A stretch of DNA of 64,000 bases from an uncultured Actinomycetes bacterium (lineage in GTDB: Bacteria > Actinomycetota > UBA4738 > JBBDTT01): NCBI GenBank assembly GCA_963742735.1, contig CAVUMN010000004.1:1024001-1088000 (forward strand), in the 5' to 3' direction. The notes beneath the pieces were generated by a model that saw only the letters and a program-made list of their open reading frames with translations, made no database searches and was not told where the DNA came from. Shown one piece after another: positions 26,679-36,888 of the stretch. The position numbers and the translations under genes are program-made. How positions within the stretch are numbered: position 1 is the stretch's first letter; each line of letters begins with the position of its first letter.

Positions 26679-28100
26679 TCAAATATCATAGTAGAGCGCA
26701 AACTCGTACGGGTGGGGCCGGAGCCGCACCGCGTCGAGCTCGTGGATCCGCTTGTACTCGATCCAGGTGTCGATGACGTCCTGGGTGAACACCCCACCGT
26801 CGAGCAGGAACTGGTGGTCGCCCTCCAGCGCGTCGAGGACCTCCTCGAGGGAGCCGGGAACCTGCTTGACCAGCGCCGACTCCTCGGGCGGCAGGTCGTA
26901 CAGGTCCTTGTCGATCGGGTCCGGCGGCTCGATCTTGTTCTTGATCCCGTCCAGGCCGGCCATGAGCATCGCCGAGAACGCCAGGTACGGGTTCGCCGTC
27001 GGGTCGGGGGAGCGGAACTCCAGGCGCTTGGCTCCGGGGTTCTTGAAGAACACCGGGATCCGGATGCACGCGGAGCGGTTCCGCTGCGAGAACACCAGGT
27101 TGATCGGCGCCTCGTAGCCCGGGACCAGCCGGCGGTAGCTGTTCGTGGTCGGCGCCGCGAAGGCCAGGAGCGCCGGCGCGTGGTGCAGCAGCCCGCCGAT
27201 GTAGTGCCGCGCCATGTCCGAGATCTGGGCGTAGCCCAGCTCGTCCCAGAACAGGTTCTCCCCGTCCCGCCACAGCGACTGGTGCGTGTGCATCCCCGAG
27301 CCGTTGTCCTGGAAGATCGGCTTGGGCATGAACGTCACCGTCTTGCCGGCCTGCCGCGCCGTCTGCTTCACCACGTACTTGTAGCGAAGCACCCGATCGG
27401 CGGTCTCCAGGAGCTCGCCGTAGCGGATGTCGATCTCGGCCTGGCCGGCCGTGCCGACCTCGTGGTGCTGGACCTCGACCTCGATGCCGACCTTCTGGAG
27501 GTTCATGACCATCTCGGACCGCAGGTCCTGGTAGTGGTCCATGGGCGGCACCGGGAAGTAGCCCTCCTTGTACCGGGGCTTGTATCCCAGGTTGTGCCCA
27601 CCCTCCTCGGCGCCCGAGTTCCACGCGCCCTCGACGGCGTCGATGTAGTAGTAGCCGGAGTTCTGGGTCTGGTCGAAGCGGATGGAGTCGAAGATGTAGA
27701 ACTCGCACTCCGGGCCCCAGTAGGAGATGTCCGCGACGCCCGTCGACTTCAGGTGCGCCTCGGCCTTCTTCGCCACGAACCGCGGGTCGCGCGAGTACCA
27801 CTCACCGGTCACCGGGTCCTTGACGAAGCAGTTCAACACCAGGGTGGGGTGCTGCAGGAACGGGTCCATGAACGCCCCGTTCGGGTCGGGGACCAGGAGC
27901 ATGTCGGACTCCTGGATCTCCTGGAACCCGCGGATCGAGGAGCCGTCGAAGCCGAACCCGTCCTGGAAGCTCTCTTCCTCGAGCTGAGAGATCGGCACGG
28001 AGAAGTGCTGCCACAATCCCGGCAGGTCGCAGAAGCGGAGATCGACGATCTCGGCGCCCGCGTCCTTGGCGAGTGCCAGGGCGTCTTTCGGTTCGGCCAT
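26679..28100 (-). CDS. glnA: Type I glutamine synthetase (GSI-beta)
   Basis: [37 protein letters not shown], adenylylation site [12 protein letters not shown]-terminal [11 protein letters not shown]. Confidence 0.98.
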   Translation of the reverse strand: MAEPKDALALAKDAGAEIVDLRFCDLPGLWQHFSVPISQLEEESFQDGFGFDGSSIRGFQEIQESDMLLVPDPNGAFMDPFLQHPTLVLNCFVKDPVTGEWYSRDPRFVAKKAEAHLKSTGVADISYWGPECEFYIFDSIRFDQTQNSGYYYIDAVEGAWNSGAEEGGHNLGYKPRYKEGYFPVPPMDHYQDLRSEMVMNLQKVGIEVEVQHHEVGTAGQAEIDIRYGELLETADRVLRYKYVVKQTARQAGKTVTFMPKPIFQDNGSGMHTHQSLWRDGENLFWDELGYAQISDMARHYIGGLLHHAPALLAFAAPTTNSYRRLVPGYEAPINLVFSQRNRSACIRIPVFFKNPGAKRLEFRSPDPTANPYLAFSAMLMAGLDGIKNKIEPPDPIDKDLYDLPPEESALVKQVPGSLEEVLDALEGDHQFLLDGGVFTQDVIDTWIEYKRIHELDAVRLRPHPYEFALYYDI

Positions 28101-28152
28101 GAGTGAACGCTCCCTTCGAGCTCGAGGTATCGGCGAAGACTATCCGGACGGC

Positions 28153-28190
28153 GTTGCCCGCGAGTTTCGGCGTTGTTAATTCCTGGTAAC
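28153..28190 (-). promoter_or_regulatory. GlnR box array upstream of glnA
   Basis: Minus strand GTTAC-N6-TTAAC-N6-GAAAC-N6-GCAAC matches the actinobacterial GlnR a/b-site pattern (gTnAc-n6-GaAAc). Confidence 0.75.
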
Positions 28191-28862
28191 GCGGACCTCG
28201 GCGCGGGGCTTGAACAGCGGGTTCGCCGCCAGCAGCAGGATCACCGCGAGCCCGCCGAGGATCGTCAGCGGCGGCTTCGCGGCGCTGTCCGCCGGAGGGG
28301 TCAGCGCGCCGGCGGCGATGGGGGGTGGGGCGGCGGGAGCGCCCCCGCCGGTGTCGCTTCCGAACGCGGGAAGGACCGTCGGCGTGGGGCTCGGCGTCGG
28401 CGAGGGCGAGGGCGCCTCGGTGGGCTCGGACGTCGGCGCCTCGGTGGGCTCGCTGGACAAGGTGGGCTCCGGCGACTCGAACGGGTCCGGCTCGTAGGAG
28501 GGCGTCTCCGTCGGCTCCGGGCCGGCGCCGCGAGCCGTGACCGCCCCCTTCATCGTGCTCGGGTGGTACTCGCACGTGTACGAGTAGGTCCCTTCCAGCG
28601 CGAAGTCGATGCTCTGCGAGCCGCCCGGGACCAGCAGGCGCTCGCCGGCGGGCCAGTTCGAGCTGGTGCCGATGATGTTGTGGACGTTCTCGCCGACGTT
28701 GGTCCACGTGACGCTGTCGCCGGGCTCGATGGTGACGTTGCTGGGACTGAACGTCGCGTCGTAGGCCACCACGCCCTTGGACTGGGCGAGCGAGATCGAC
28801 ACCGGGAGCACCACGAGGGCGCCGGCGGCCAGTGCCAGGGCAAGCAGGATTCGCGGACGCAT
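28176..28862 (-). CDS. Secreted or membrane-anchored cupredoxin (plastocyanin/azurin-like) protein
   Basis: Signal peptide, FSPSNVTIEPGDSVTWTN, His in VHNI, YTCEYHPSTMKG copper ligands, Pro/Ser/Thr linker, C-terminal TM. Confidence 0.85.
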   Translation of the reverse strand: MRPRILLALALAAGALVVLPVSISLAQSKGVVAYDATFSPSNVTIEPGDSVTWTNVGENVHNIIGTSSNWPAGERLLVPGGSQSIDFALEGTYSYTCEYHPSTMKGAVTARGAGPEPTETPSYEPDPFESPEPTLSSEPTEAPTSEPTEAPSPSPTPSPTPTVLPAFGSDTGGGAPAAPPPIAAGALTPPADSAAKPPLTILGGLAVILLLAANPLFKPRAEVRVTRN

Positions 28863-28917
28863 CTGCTTACTATTGCACCACACCCGCGGGGTGTTCCCCA
28901 TCGGCATTTTTTCGTAC

Positions 28918-29592
28918 CTACTCGGGCGCGCTGCGCACGGCCGCGGCGCGGTAGCCGACCCCGCGGACGGTCTCGATGAGGTGCTCGTGCTCGGGCCCGA
29001 GCTTCGCGCGGAGCCGCCGGACGTGCACGTCGACGGTGCGGGTGCCGCCGTAGAAGTCGTAGCCCCACACCTCCTGGAGGAGGGCGGCGCGGGAAAACAC
29101 CCGGCCCGGGCGCTCGGCGAGGAACCGCAGCAGCTCGAACTCCTTGTACGTCAGGTCCAGGGGCCGTCCGCTGACGGTCACCTGATAGGTCTCGACGTTC
29201 ACCGCGAGCGGGCCCACCCGCACCGTCGCGTCGGGCCCTCCGCCGATCCGCCGCCGGAGCATCGACAGGCGCGTGCGGATCTCGAGCTCCGGGGCGCCCG
29301 CGTACAGGAACTCGTCGGCCACCTCGGCCCAGGCGTACGTCTCGAGGTCGGCGCGGGCGACGACCGCGACCACCGGGATGACCAGGTCGGTCGCGGCCAG
29401 GGTGGTGAGCAGGCGGAAGGCGTGGGGGGCGTTCTCCTCGGCGTCCACGATCAGGGCGTCGGGGGAGAGGTCCGGAAGGTGGACGAGCGAATCCACGGCG
29501 AGCGGCTCCACCTTCACGTCGGCGTCGATGCCGCGGATCGCGGGGAGCACCTCGTCGGGGGAACGGTCCGAGAACAGGACGATCCTCGCCAT
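28918..29592 (-). CDS. glnR: Nitrogen regulator GlnR (atypical OmpR-family response regulator)
   Basis: Atypical receiver domain. C-terminal LDLTYKEFELL...PGRVFSR..LLQEVWGYDFYGGTRTVDVHVRRLRAKLGPEHE is characteristic of GlnR; next to glnA. Confidence 0.88.
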   Translation of the reverse strand: MARIVLFSDRSPDEVLPAIRGIDADVKVEPLAVDSLVHLPDLSPDALIVDAEENAPHAFRLLTTLAATDLVIPVVAVVARADLETYAWAEVADEFLYAGAPELEIRTRLSMLRRRIGGGPDATVRVGPLAVNVETYQVTVSGRPLDLTYKEFELLRFLAERPGRVFSRAALLQEVWGYDFYGGTRTVDVHVRRLRAKLGPEHEHLIETVRGVGYRAAAVRSAPE

Positions 29593-29699
29593 GCGCCACC
29601 TATCTCAACGCCGGAGGTACGGGGGCGAGGGTAACAGACACCCGAAGCCGAACCGGGTGGCGCGGTCGAATTGCCGGGGATGGGTAGGCTGGGGTCGGT

Positions 29700-30481
29700 A
29701 TGCCATCGCTCCTGTCCCCGCTCACTCGCAAGTTCCGAGTGCCCCATCGCGTGTTCACGGTGCGGACCGAGGACGGCCTCACGCTGGTCGGCGCGCGGCT
29801 GGGCACCGCGCCGGTGGCCCTGGTGTTCTGCCACGGATTCCTCGGCTGGCATCGCAAGCTGCGCGTGGTCCGGTTCTGCGAGGCGCTCGCCGAGCGGTTC
29901 ACCGTGTACGCCTTCGACTTCCGCGGCCACGGGGCCAGCGAGGGGCACTCGACCCTCGGTGCCCTGGAGGTCCACGACGTCGACGCCGTGGTGCGCCTGG
30001 CCCGGAGTGACGGCCACGAGAAGGTCGTCACCGTGGGCGGCTCGATGGGGGGCGTCGCCGCGGTCCGCCACGCCGCGCTGCTGGGGGGCGTGGACGCCGT
30101 CGTGGCGATCTCGACACCGGCCGGGTGGGACGGCCACGACTCGGCGGTGGTTCGCCGGATGAGCCGGATCACCTCGACCGACCGGGGCCGGCGGGTCGTC
30201 CGGAGCCTCGGGGTCCGCATGGCGGACTCCTGGGGGACTCCGAGTCGCCCGAGGAGATCGCTTCGCGGATCAGCCCGACGCCGCTGGTCGTCGTGCACGG
30301 GCGCGACGACCACTACTTCGACGAGGAGCAGGCCTGGCGGCTCTACCGCGCGGCCCGGGAGCCGAAGCGGCTGCTGCTGGCCGCCCCCTTCGGTCACGCC
30401 GAGGACGGCTACTCGCCCGAGCTCGCGGAGCTCCTCGCCCGGCGGCTCCACGAGGTCCTGGAGGCGCGGACCTCGGGTTGA
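29700..30481 (+). CDS. Alpha/beta hydrolase, frameshifted near 30240
   Basis: FCHGF, FDFRGHGAS, GGSMGG nucleophile. Continues in another frame with PLVVVHGRDDHYF...GHAE. Confidence 0.8.
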
Positions 30482-30587
30482 CATCTACTTTCTGACTGTT
30501 CGATAATTTCCGAACATCCCGACGGAGGAGAACCCCCCCGGCGGCCCGCAGGAGTGACCGAGGTCACAGTGACCGGCGGTCAGTCAT
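30478..30587 (+). promoter_or_regulatory. Sigma70-type promoter plus tandem TetR-like palindromes upstream of the MmpL genes
   Basis: TTGACA(30478)-N18-GATAAT(30502). Palindromes GTGACC-GA-GGTCAC (30554-30567) and TGACCG-G-CGGTCA (30570-30582). Confidence 0.55.
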
Positions 30588-30608
30588 TGGGTAGGATCGG
30601 GAGAGCCC

Positions 30609-31778
30609 ATGTTCGGTCGCATCGCCGCGTTCGTCGCCCGCCACGCCAAGCTCGTCATCCTGGCCTGGTTCGTCCTCGCCGCCGTCCTGTTCGCGGTGGC
30701 CCCGAAGTTCGAGGAGGTGGCCACCCAGGACACGTCGGCCTTCCTCGGCGAGAGCGCCCCCAGCGTGGAGGGCGCCTACCGGATCTACGAGCTGTGGCCG
30801 GACGAGGAGTTCAACCAGGCCGGGGCGCTGGTGGCGGCCCGTTCGAGCGGACTGACCGAGCGGGACGAGCGCTTCCTGCGCGAGATGGAGTCGTGGCTGA
30901 ACTCCCCGGCCGCGCCCGAGAACGTCCGTGTCACTCAGTCCCCGTACTCCCGCCCCGAGCTCGCCGACGTCCTGGCCTCCGCCGACGGCGAGACCGCGAT
31001 CCTGATCGTCGGATTCACCACGCCCCCGTTCGAGCCCAGGACGAACGAGGCCGTGGCCGCGATCCGCGAGCGCGCGACCGGGGAGAAGCCCGAGGACCTC
31101 CAGGTCCACTTCACCGGCAACGCCGGCGTCGGCGCCGACCAGAATGCGGCCATCAAGACGGCCGTGGAGCGCACCACGATCATCACCCTGATCCTGGTGA
31201 TCACGATCCTGGTGTGGATCTACCGCTCGCCGGTCGCGCCGCTCGTCCCGCTGACCACCATCGGAGTGTCGTTCGCGGTCTCGCTCGGGGTGATCTCGCT
31301 GCTGGCCCAGGCCGGGCTGAAGGTCTCGGCGCTGGTCGAGACGTTCATGGTCGTGATCATCCTGGGGGCCGGCACGGACTACTGCCTGTTCATCGTGAGC
31401 CGCTTCAAGGAGGAGCTCGCCGAGGGCGGCGAGGCCCGCCGGACCCTCATCGGGACCATGGCCATCATCGGGGGCGTCATCGCCTCGAGCGCCGCCACGG
31501 TCATCGTCGGGTTCGCCGCTCAGGGTGTGGCCCGGTTCGGCATGTTCCGGACGATGGGCCCGGCGATGGCCATCGCGGTGGCCATCACCCTGTTGGCCGG
31601 ACTGACCCTCACCCCCGCGCTGCTGAAGATCCTGGGCACCCGGGCGTTCTGGCCTCAGCGGATCGGGCTACGGATCCCCGGACAGGAAGAGGTCGCCGAA
31701 CCACCCGCGCTCGACCCGGCGCCGGCGAAGCCTGGGTCGAAGCGGGGCGGGCGGAAGCCGGCGGAGGAGCTCGCGTGA
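30609..31778 (+). CDS. MMPL/RND transporter, N-terminal half
   Basis: TM1, periplasmic domain, then IYRSPVAPLVPL, GAGTDYCLFIVSRFKEE, TLTPALL. Confidence 0.9.
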   Translation: MFGRIAAFVARHAKLVILAWFVLAAVLFAVAPKFEEVATQDTSAFLGESAPSVEGAYRIYELWPDEEFNQAGALVAARSSGLTERDERFLREMESWLNSPAAPENVRVTQSPYSRPELADVLASADGETAILIVGFTTPPFEPRTNEAVAAIRERATGEKPEDLQVHFTGNAGVGADQNAAIKTAVERTTIITLILVITILVWIYRSPVAPLVPLTTIGVSFAVSLGVISLLAQAGLKVSALVETFMVVIILGAGTDYCLFIVSRFKEELAEGGEARRTLIGTMAIIGGVIASSAATVIVGFAAQGVARFGMFRTMGPAMAIAVAITLLAGLTLTPALLKILGTRAFWPQRIGLRIPGQEEVAEPPALDPAPAKPGSKRGGRKPAEELA

Positions 31779-33670
31779 GCTGGCAAGGGCTCTCCGAGTT
31801 CGTCCGCCGGCGCCCGCGACGGGTGATGCTGTTTTCGCTGGCGGTGCTGATCGCGCCGACCCTGGCCCTGCCTACCACCCGGGTCAGCTACGACCTGCTG
31901 GGCGAGCTGCCGCGCGACGCCGACGCGGTGAAGGGCTTCGAGGTCCTGTCCCGCTCGTTCTCTCCCGGTCAGATCCAGCCCCTGATCGTGGTCATCGAGA
32001 CGGACCGCGAGATCTGGAACGACGACGACTTCAAGGCCATCGACGAGCTGACCGTGAACCTGACGAAGCTCGAGACCGTCACGGAGGTTCGCTCGGTGAC
32101 CCGGCCTACCGCCGGCGAGTTCGACCCGGAGCAGGTCGCCGCGGCCGGGCTCGGCGACCTGGCCTCGTTCCCCGAGCAGCTCGACCGGGGGACGGCCGGG
32201 CTGCTCCGCGCCGTCGACGGGCTGAAGCAGATCCGCGGCGGCCTTCGGGAGATCCACGTCCGGCTGCCGGAGTTCACCTCGGGGCTTCAGGAGGCCCTGT
32301 CCGGGATCCGCGAGCTCCGGACGGGCGTCGGCCAGATCCGTGCAGGGCTCGACGAGGCCCGCGACGGCGTGTCCCGGCTGGCGTCGGAGGTCGCCGACCC
32401 GACCCAGGACAACTTGGAGCGGGCGTGGGAGGACCTCCGGGCCTCGACGATCGCGAAGACCGACCCGGTCTACCAGGACCTGGCCGAGCGGGTGGGGACG
32501 GCCCTGGCCCTGGTCTCCGGGCGATGCCCCGACCCGACCGGTGTGGGGCTGCCCCTGCTGACCGTGAACGAGCACCCGTGCACGCCGGGCGAGAAGGTCG
32601 AACCCGGCTACGACGGGCTGTCGGCCTCGCTGCGCGAGGTCGCGAGCGGGCTGGGCCGCGCGATCCAGGGGCTGGGGCAGGTAGACGCGGGCCTCGGCGA
32701 GCTCGCGGAGGGGTTGTCACAGGCGGAGCCGCAGATCGGGCGGCTGCGCGAGGGCGTGGGCCGGATGCTCGGCGGCCTGGACCTGATCATCCCGGGACTC
32801 GGCCGGCTGCACCGCGGCCTGGTCGCCGGCTTCGCCCAGGCCGAGGAGGCCGGGCTGCTCCCGTCCGGCGAGCCGGAGGACTTCGCCCTCACCGCGACGC
32901 TCGTCAACGCGTTCCCGAAGCTCAAGGAGCAGCTGAAGTTCTTCGTGGACGACTCCGAGACCGCGACCCGGCTGTTCATCACGCTCGACCGCGAGCCCTA
33001 CGAGACCCGGGCCCTGGACACCACCGACGAGGTCGTGGCGGCGATGAACCTCTCGCTGGCGAAGACCTCGCTCGAGGACGCGCGGGTGACGATGTCGGGC
33101 TCCAGCGCCTTCTTCCACGACGTGCGCGCGATCCAGCAGGGGGACATGCCGATCATCATCGCGGCGGTCATCCTGGGGATCTTCCTGATCCTGGTGGCCC
33201 TGCTGCGCAGCCTCATCGCGCCCGCGTACCTGGTCCTGACGGTCCTGCTGTCGTTCGGGGCGACGATGGGCATCACCACCATCGTGTTCCAGGGGTTCTT
33301 CGGGCACGACGCGCTGGTGTGGTGGCTGCCACCGTTCCTGTTCGTGATGCTCGTGGCTCTGGGAGCCGACTACAACATCTTCCTGACCTCGCGGATCCGC
33401 GAGGAGGCGCAGACGACCGATACCCGCGAGGCCGTGGGGCGGGGCCTGGCCCTGACCGGCCACGTGATCACCTCCGCAGGTTTGATCCTGGCCGGGACCT
33501 TCGCCGCGCTGATGTTCGCGCCGATGAAGGGCCTGGTCCAGATCGGGTTCGCCACGACGGTGGGCATCCTGCTCGACACGTTCGTGGTGCGGAGCCTGAT
33601 GGTGCCCTCGATCGCGGTGCTCCTGGGCCGGTGGAACTGGTGGCCCTCGAAGCGGGCCCAGCGGGCCTGA
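31775..33670 (+). CDS. MMPL/RND transporter, C-terminal half with coiled-coil insert
   Basis: GTG overlaps the upstream TGA. W..L..FVRRRP start, LLRSLIAP, ALGADYNIFL, GHVITSAG, LDTFVVRS, WNWWP. Confidence 0.9.
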   Translation: MSWQGLSEFVRRRPRRVMLFSLAVLIAPTLALPTTRVSYDLLGELPRDADAVKGFEVLSRSFSPGQIQPLIVVIETDREIWNDDDFKAIDELTVNLTKLETVTEVRSVTRPTAGEFDPEQVAAAGLGDLASFPEQLDRGTAGLLRAVDGLKQIRGGLREIHVRLPEFTSGLQEALSGIRELRTGVGQIRAGLDEARDGVSRLASEVADPTQDNLERAWEDLRASTIAKTDPVYQDLAERVGTALALVSGRCPDPTGVGLPLLTVNEHPCTPGEKVEPGYDGLSASLREVASGLGRAIQGLGQVDAGLGELAEGLSQAEPQIGRLREGVGRMLGGLDLIIPGLGRLHRGLVAGFAQAEEAGLLPSGEPEDFALTATLVNAFPKLKEQLKFFVDDSETATRLFITLDREPYETRALDTTDEVVAAMNLSLAKTSLEDARVTMSGSSAFFHDVRAIQQGDMPIIIAAVILGIFLILVALLRSLIAPAYLVLTVLLSFGATMGITTIVFQGFFGHDALVWWLPPFLFVMLVALGADYNIFLTSRIREEAQTTDTREAVGRGLALTGHVITSAGLILAGTFAALMFAPMKGLVQIGFATTVGILLDTFVVRSLMVPSIAVLLGRWNWWPSKRAQRA

Positions 33671-33689
33671 CGGGGTAGCCTCAGCCCCG

Positions 33690-34379
33690 ATGCGACGACT
33701 GGTGATCGGGCTCGTGCTCCTGCTGGCGCTGGGTGCGGCCGCGGACTTCGGGACCCGGGCCTACGCCGAGTCGAGGCTCGCGGCCAACGTTCAGGCCGGG
33801 CTCGGCCTGAAGGAGAAGCCCAGCCTCGAGCTGCGGGGGTTCCCGTTCCTGCTCGCCGTGAGCCGGGGGAAGCTGTCCTCGGCGGGCTTCGAGGCCGACG
33901 GCGTGGTCAACGAGGGACTCCGCGTCGAGCACGTCGAGCTCGACCTGCGCGACGTCACCTTCAACACGTCGGCGATCTTCTCCGAGTCGCCGGCCACGAC
34001 GATCCGGGCCGCGCGCGGCAGCGGCGAGGCCACCGTGACCGCCGAGGACCTCAGCGCGTTCATCGCCGAGCAGGGCTATCCCGGGCGGATCCTGTTCGGC
34101 GTGGGCGAGGCGACCGTCGAGGCGACGTTCGGGACCGGGGTGGACGTCAGGGCCACCGGCCCGCTGCGGATCGACGAGGCGGGGCGCATCGTGTTCGCGC
34201 CGCAGCGACTGGACGCCGGGGGCGTGTCGTTCCCCGCCGCCATGGCGGCGTTCACGTTCGATCTGCCGAGGCCCTTCGAGGGGTTCAGCTACACCGGGAT
34301 CGAGGTAACCGAGGGGAACGCGACGCTGCAGATCTCGATCCGCGACGCCGTGATCCCGATCCAGAAGCGCGGGAGCTGA
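33690..34379 (+). CDS. DUF2993 / LmeA-like protein
   Basis: N-terminal TM ...AADFGTRAYAESRLA, LRGFPFL, beta-rich body. Confidence 0.75.
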   Translation: MRRLVIGLVLLLALGAAADFGTRAYAESRLAANVQAGLGLKEKPSLELRGFPFLLAVSRGKLSSAGFEADGVVNEGLRVEHVELDLRDVTFNTSAIFSESPATTIRAARGSGEATVTAEDLSAFIAEQGYPGRILFGVGEATVEATFGTGVDVRATGPLRIDEAGRIVFAPQRLDAGGVSFPAAMAAFTFDLPRPFEGFSYTGIEVTEGNATLQISIRDAVIPIQKRGS

Positions 34380-34388
34380 GCGGGAGGC

Positions 34389-35135
34389 TCAGCCCTTGTT
34401 GACGACCAGCTCTTCCTTCGCGGTCTCGTTGGTGTGGATGCCGCACTCGACCTTGCCGGCGCCGGCCCAGCGGCCCGCGCGCTCGTCCTCGCCCGGGAAG
34501 ATGATCCGGGTGCAGGGCGCGCAGCCGATCGAGGCGTAGCCCAGGTCGTAGAGGGGCAGGTGCGGCAGGTCGTGCTCCTTCAGGTAGCCGACCACGTCCT
34601 TGCTGGTCCACTTGGCGATCGCGTTGAACTTCACGAGCGTCTTGCCGGGCTCCAGCTCGTACTGGTCCATGATCGGCGCGTTGGCGCGGGTCGGCGCGGA
34701 GTCGCGGCGCATGCCGGTGACCCACCCGTCCAGCTGGCGCAGGCCGCGGTTCAGCGGGATGACCTTGTTGAGCTCGCAGCACATCTTGGGGTCGCGCTCC
34801 CAGAGCTTGTCGCCGTACTCCTTGGCCTGCTCCTCGACGGTGTAGTCGCCGACCAGGTCGATCACGTTCAGCCCCATGCGCTCGGTGAGCTGCTCCTTGA
34901 ACGCGAGGGTCTCGGCGAAGTGAAAGCCGGTCTCCAGGAACAGGATGGGGACGTCCTGGCGAACCTTGACGGCCATGTCCATGACGACCGTGTCCTCGCG
35001 CTGGAAGCTCGAGGCGATCGCCATGTTGTCCAGGCCCGAGTCCTCCAGGGCCCAGCGGATGACTTCCTGCGGGGTCTCGGCCTCGAACCGAGCGTTCATC
35101 TCGGCGACGAGGTCCGGCTCCAATAGCGTCTTCAA
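34389..35135 (-). CDS. cysH: APS/PAPS reductase (4Fe-4S-binding type)
   Basis: LETGFHFAET, MCCELNKV, TGMRR, SIGCAPCT, GRW...ECGIH. Confidence 0.93.
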   Translation of the reverse strand: MKTLLEPDLVAEMNARFEAETPQEVIRWALEDSGLDNMAIASSFQREDTVVMDMAVKVRQDVPILFLETGFHFAETLAFKEQLTERMGLNVIDLVGDYTVEEQAKEYGDKLWERDPKMCCELNKVIPLNRGLRQLDGWVTGMRRDSAPTRANAPIMDQYELEPGKTLVKFNAIAKWTSKDVVGYLKEHDLPHLPLYDLGYASIGCAPCTRIIFPGEDERAGRWAGAGKVECGIHTNETAKEELVVNKG

Positions 35136-35242
35136 GGGTCAGCTCCTTGGGGTACGGAATCGGCGGGGTGAGCGAACCGAGTATAGCGCCGGAGGGGGCC
35201 GCTAGACTGGCCGGTCCCACACCCTTTTCAAGGAGCAACTCA

Positions 35243-36406
35243 ATGACGGAGGACATCATTCCCGCGCACGGCGGCACGCTCGTCGACCTGGTGCTTCCGC
35301 CGCCCGACGCGGGCGCGGCCGAGCAGGAGGCCGAGAACCACCCCAAGCACGCCCTGACCCAGCGCGACGTGGCCGACCTGGAGATGCTCGCCACCGGCGC
35401 GATGTCTCCGCTGACCGGGTTCATGGATGAGAAGGACTACCGCTCGGTGATCGAGGACATGCGCCTGGCCAACGGCCTGCCCTGGTCCATCCCGATCACG
35501 CTGAACGTGAGCGACGAGGACGTGAAGCGGATCGGCCGCTCGTCCTCGGTGGCCCTGCAGTGGCAGGGGTCGACGCTGGCGATCCTCGACGTGACCGGGG
35601 TCTTCGAGCGCGACCTCGGCGGCGAGACGCAGTCCGTCTACGGCACGACCGACCAGGCGCACCCGGGCGTGGCGGCGGCGACCGAGGCCGGCCCGTTCGC
35701 GCTGGCCGGGAGCCTGCGGGTGCTGGCGCTGCCCTCGCACGAGACTTTCTCGGAGTACCGGATGACCCCGGCGCAGACCCGGGCCGCGTTCGCCGAGCGG
35801 GGGTGGAGGCGGGTGGTCGGGTTCCAGACCCGCAACCCGGTCCACCGCGCCCACGAGTACATCCAGAAGTGCGCGCTGGAGATCACCGACGGCCTGCTGC
35901 TGCACCCCCTGGTCGGCGCGACGAAGTCCGACGACGTCCCGGCGGACGTGCGGATGCGCTGCTACGAGGTCCTGTTCGCCGAGTACTACCCGCGGGACCG
36001 GGCGATGCTCTCGGTGTTCCCCGCGAACATGCGCTACGCGGGGCCGAAAGAGGCCATCTTCCACGCGATCTGCCGGAAGAACTACGGGTGCACCCACTTC
36101 ATCGTGGGCCGCGACCACGCGGGCGTCGGCGACTACTACGGCACCTACGAGGCGCAGGAGATCTTCGAGCGCTTCGAGCCCGGCGAGCTCGGGATCACCA
36201 CGCTGAACTTCGAGCACACCTTCTGGTGCAACCGGTGCGAGGGCATGGCCAGCGCCAAGACGTGCCCCCACGGCGAGAACGACCGGATCAGCCTGTCGGG
36301 GACCAAGGTCCGGGACATGCTGTCGAACGGCGAGATGCCGCCCATCGAGTTCAGCCGCCCCGAGGTCGCGCAGATCCTGATCGACGCGATGTCCGCAAGG
36401 GATTGA
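35243..36406 (+). CDS. sat: Sulfate adenylyltransferase (Sat type)
   Basis: AHGGTLVDL, SPLTGFM, FQTRNPVHRAHE, MRYAGPKEA, HFIVGRDHAGVG, SGTKVR, FSRPEV; RBS AGGAG. Confidence 0.96.
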   Translation: MTEDIIPAHGGTLVDLVLPPPDAGAAEQEAENHPKHALTQRDVADLEMLATGAMSPLTGFMDEKDYRSVIEDMRLANGLPWSIPITLNVSDEDVKRIGRSSSVALQWQGSTLAILDVTGVFERDLGGETQSVYGTTDQAHPGVAAATEAGPFALAGSLRVLALPSHETFSEYRMTPAQTRAAFAERGWRRVVGFQTRNPVHRAHEYIQKCALEITDGLLLHPLVGATKSDDVPADVRMRCYEVLFAEYYPRDRAMLSVFPANMRYAGPKEAIFHAICRKNYGCTHFIVGRDHAGVGDYYGTYEAQEIFERFEPGELGITTLNFEHTFWCNRCEGMASAKTCPHGENDRISLSGTKVRDMLSNGEMPPIEFSRPEVAQILIDAMSARD

Positions 36407-36696
36407 CCGGCCCGGAGCCACTGTCCGAGGCGGTGCAGGCTCAGGTCGCGTCGAAGTTCCCAGCCGTCGCTCGGGAGGAAGTCCTGGAGGCGTTGGGGAG
36501 CTACGGGCTCGAGGCCCACGAGCCGGAGGTCGATCGTGTGCGGCTGGCGATCCTGGAGCTGGCTGGAGGCGAGAGCGCAAGCGTTCTCCACCTGGTGCGG
36601 GTTGCGAACGAGGACTTCCGCGATGTCCTCAGCTGGCAGGCCCAGGAGCGAGGCGAAGCGCACAAGCCGACCCCCGAGAAACCCTTGCCATGGTGA
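36403..36696 (+). CDS. Small hypothetical protein
   Basis: TTG overlaps the sat stop; EVDRVRLAILELAGG...ANEDFRDVL. Confidence 0.5.
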   Translation: MTGPEPLSEAVQAQVASKFPAVAREEVLEALGSYGLEAHEPEVDRVRLAILELAGGESASVLHLVRVANEDFRDVLSWQAQERGEAHKPTPEKPLPW

Positions 36697-36888
36697 AAAC
36701 GCTCTTCGAGGGTGGCGCGCTGACCCGCGAGGACTACGAGGAGGCTGTCGCTCGGATCCGCGGGCACGATGCCTGAGCCGGTCCAGGCAACGCGATCCGG
36801 GCCGGGCCCAGTCTGGAGCCGCGAGTGTCGGCGGGCAGTGCTAGCGTTGCCGGCGGCCGATCCTCCCCCGCGTTGACGCGGAGGTCTC

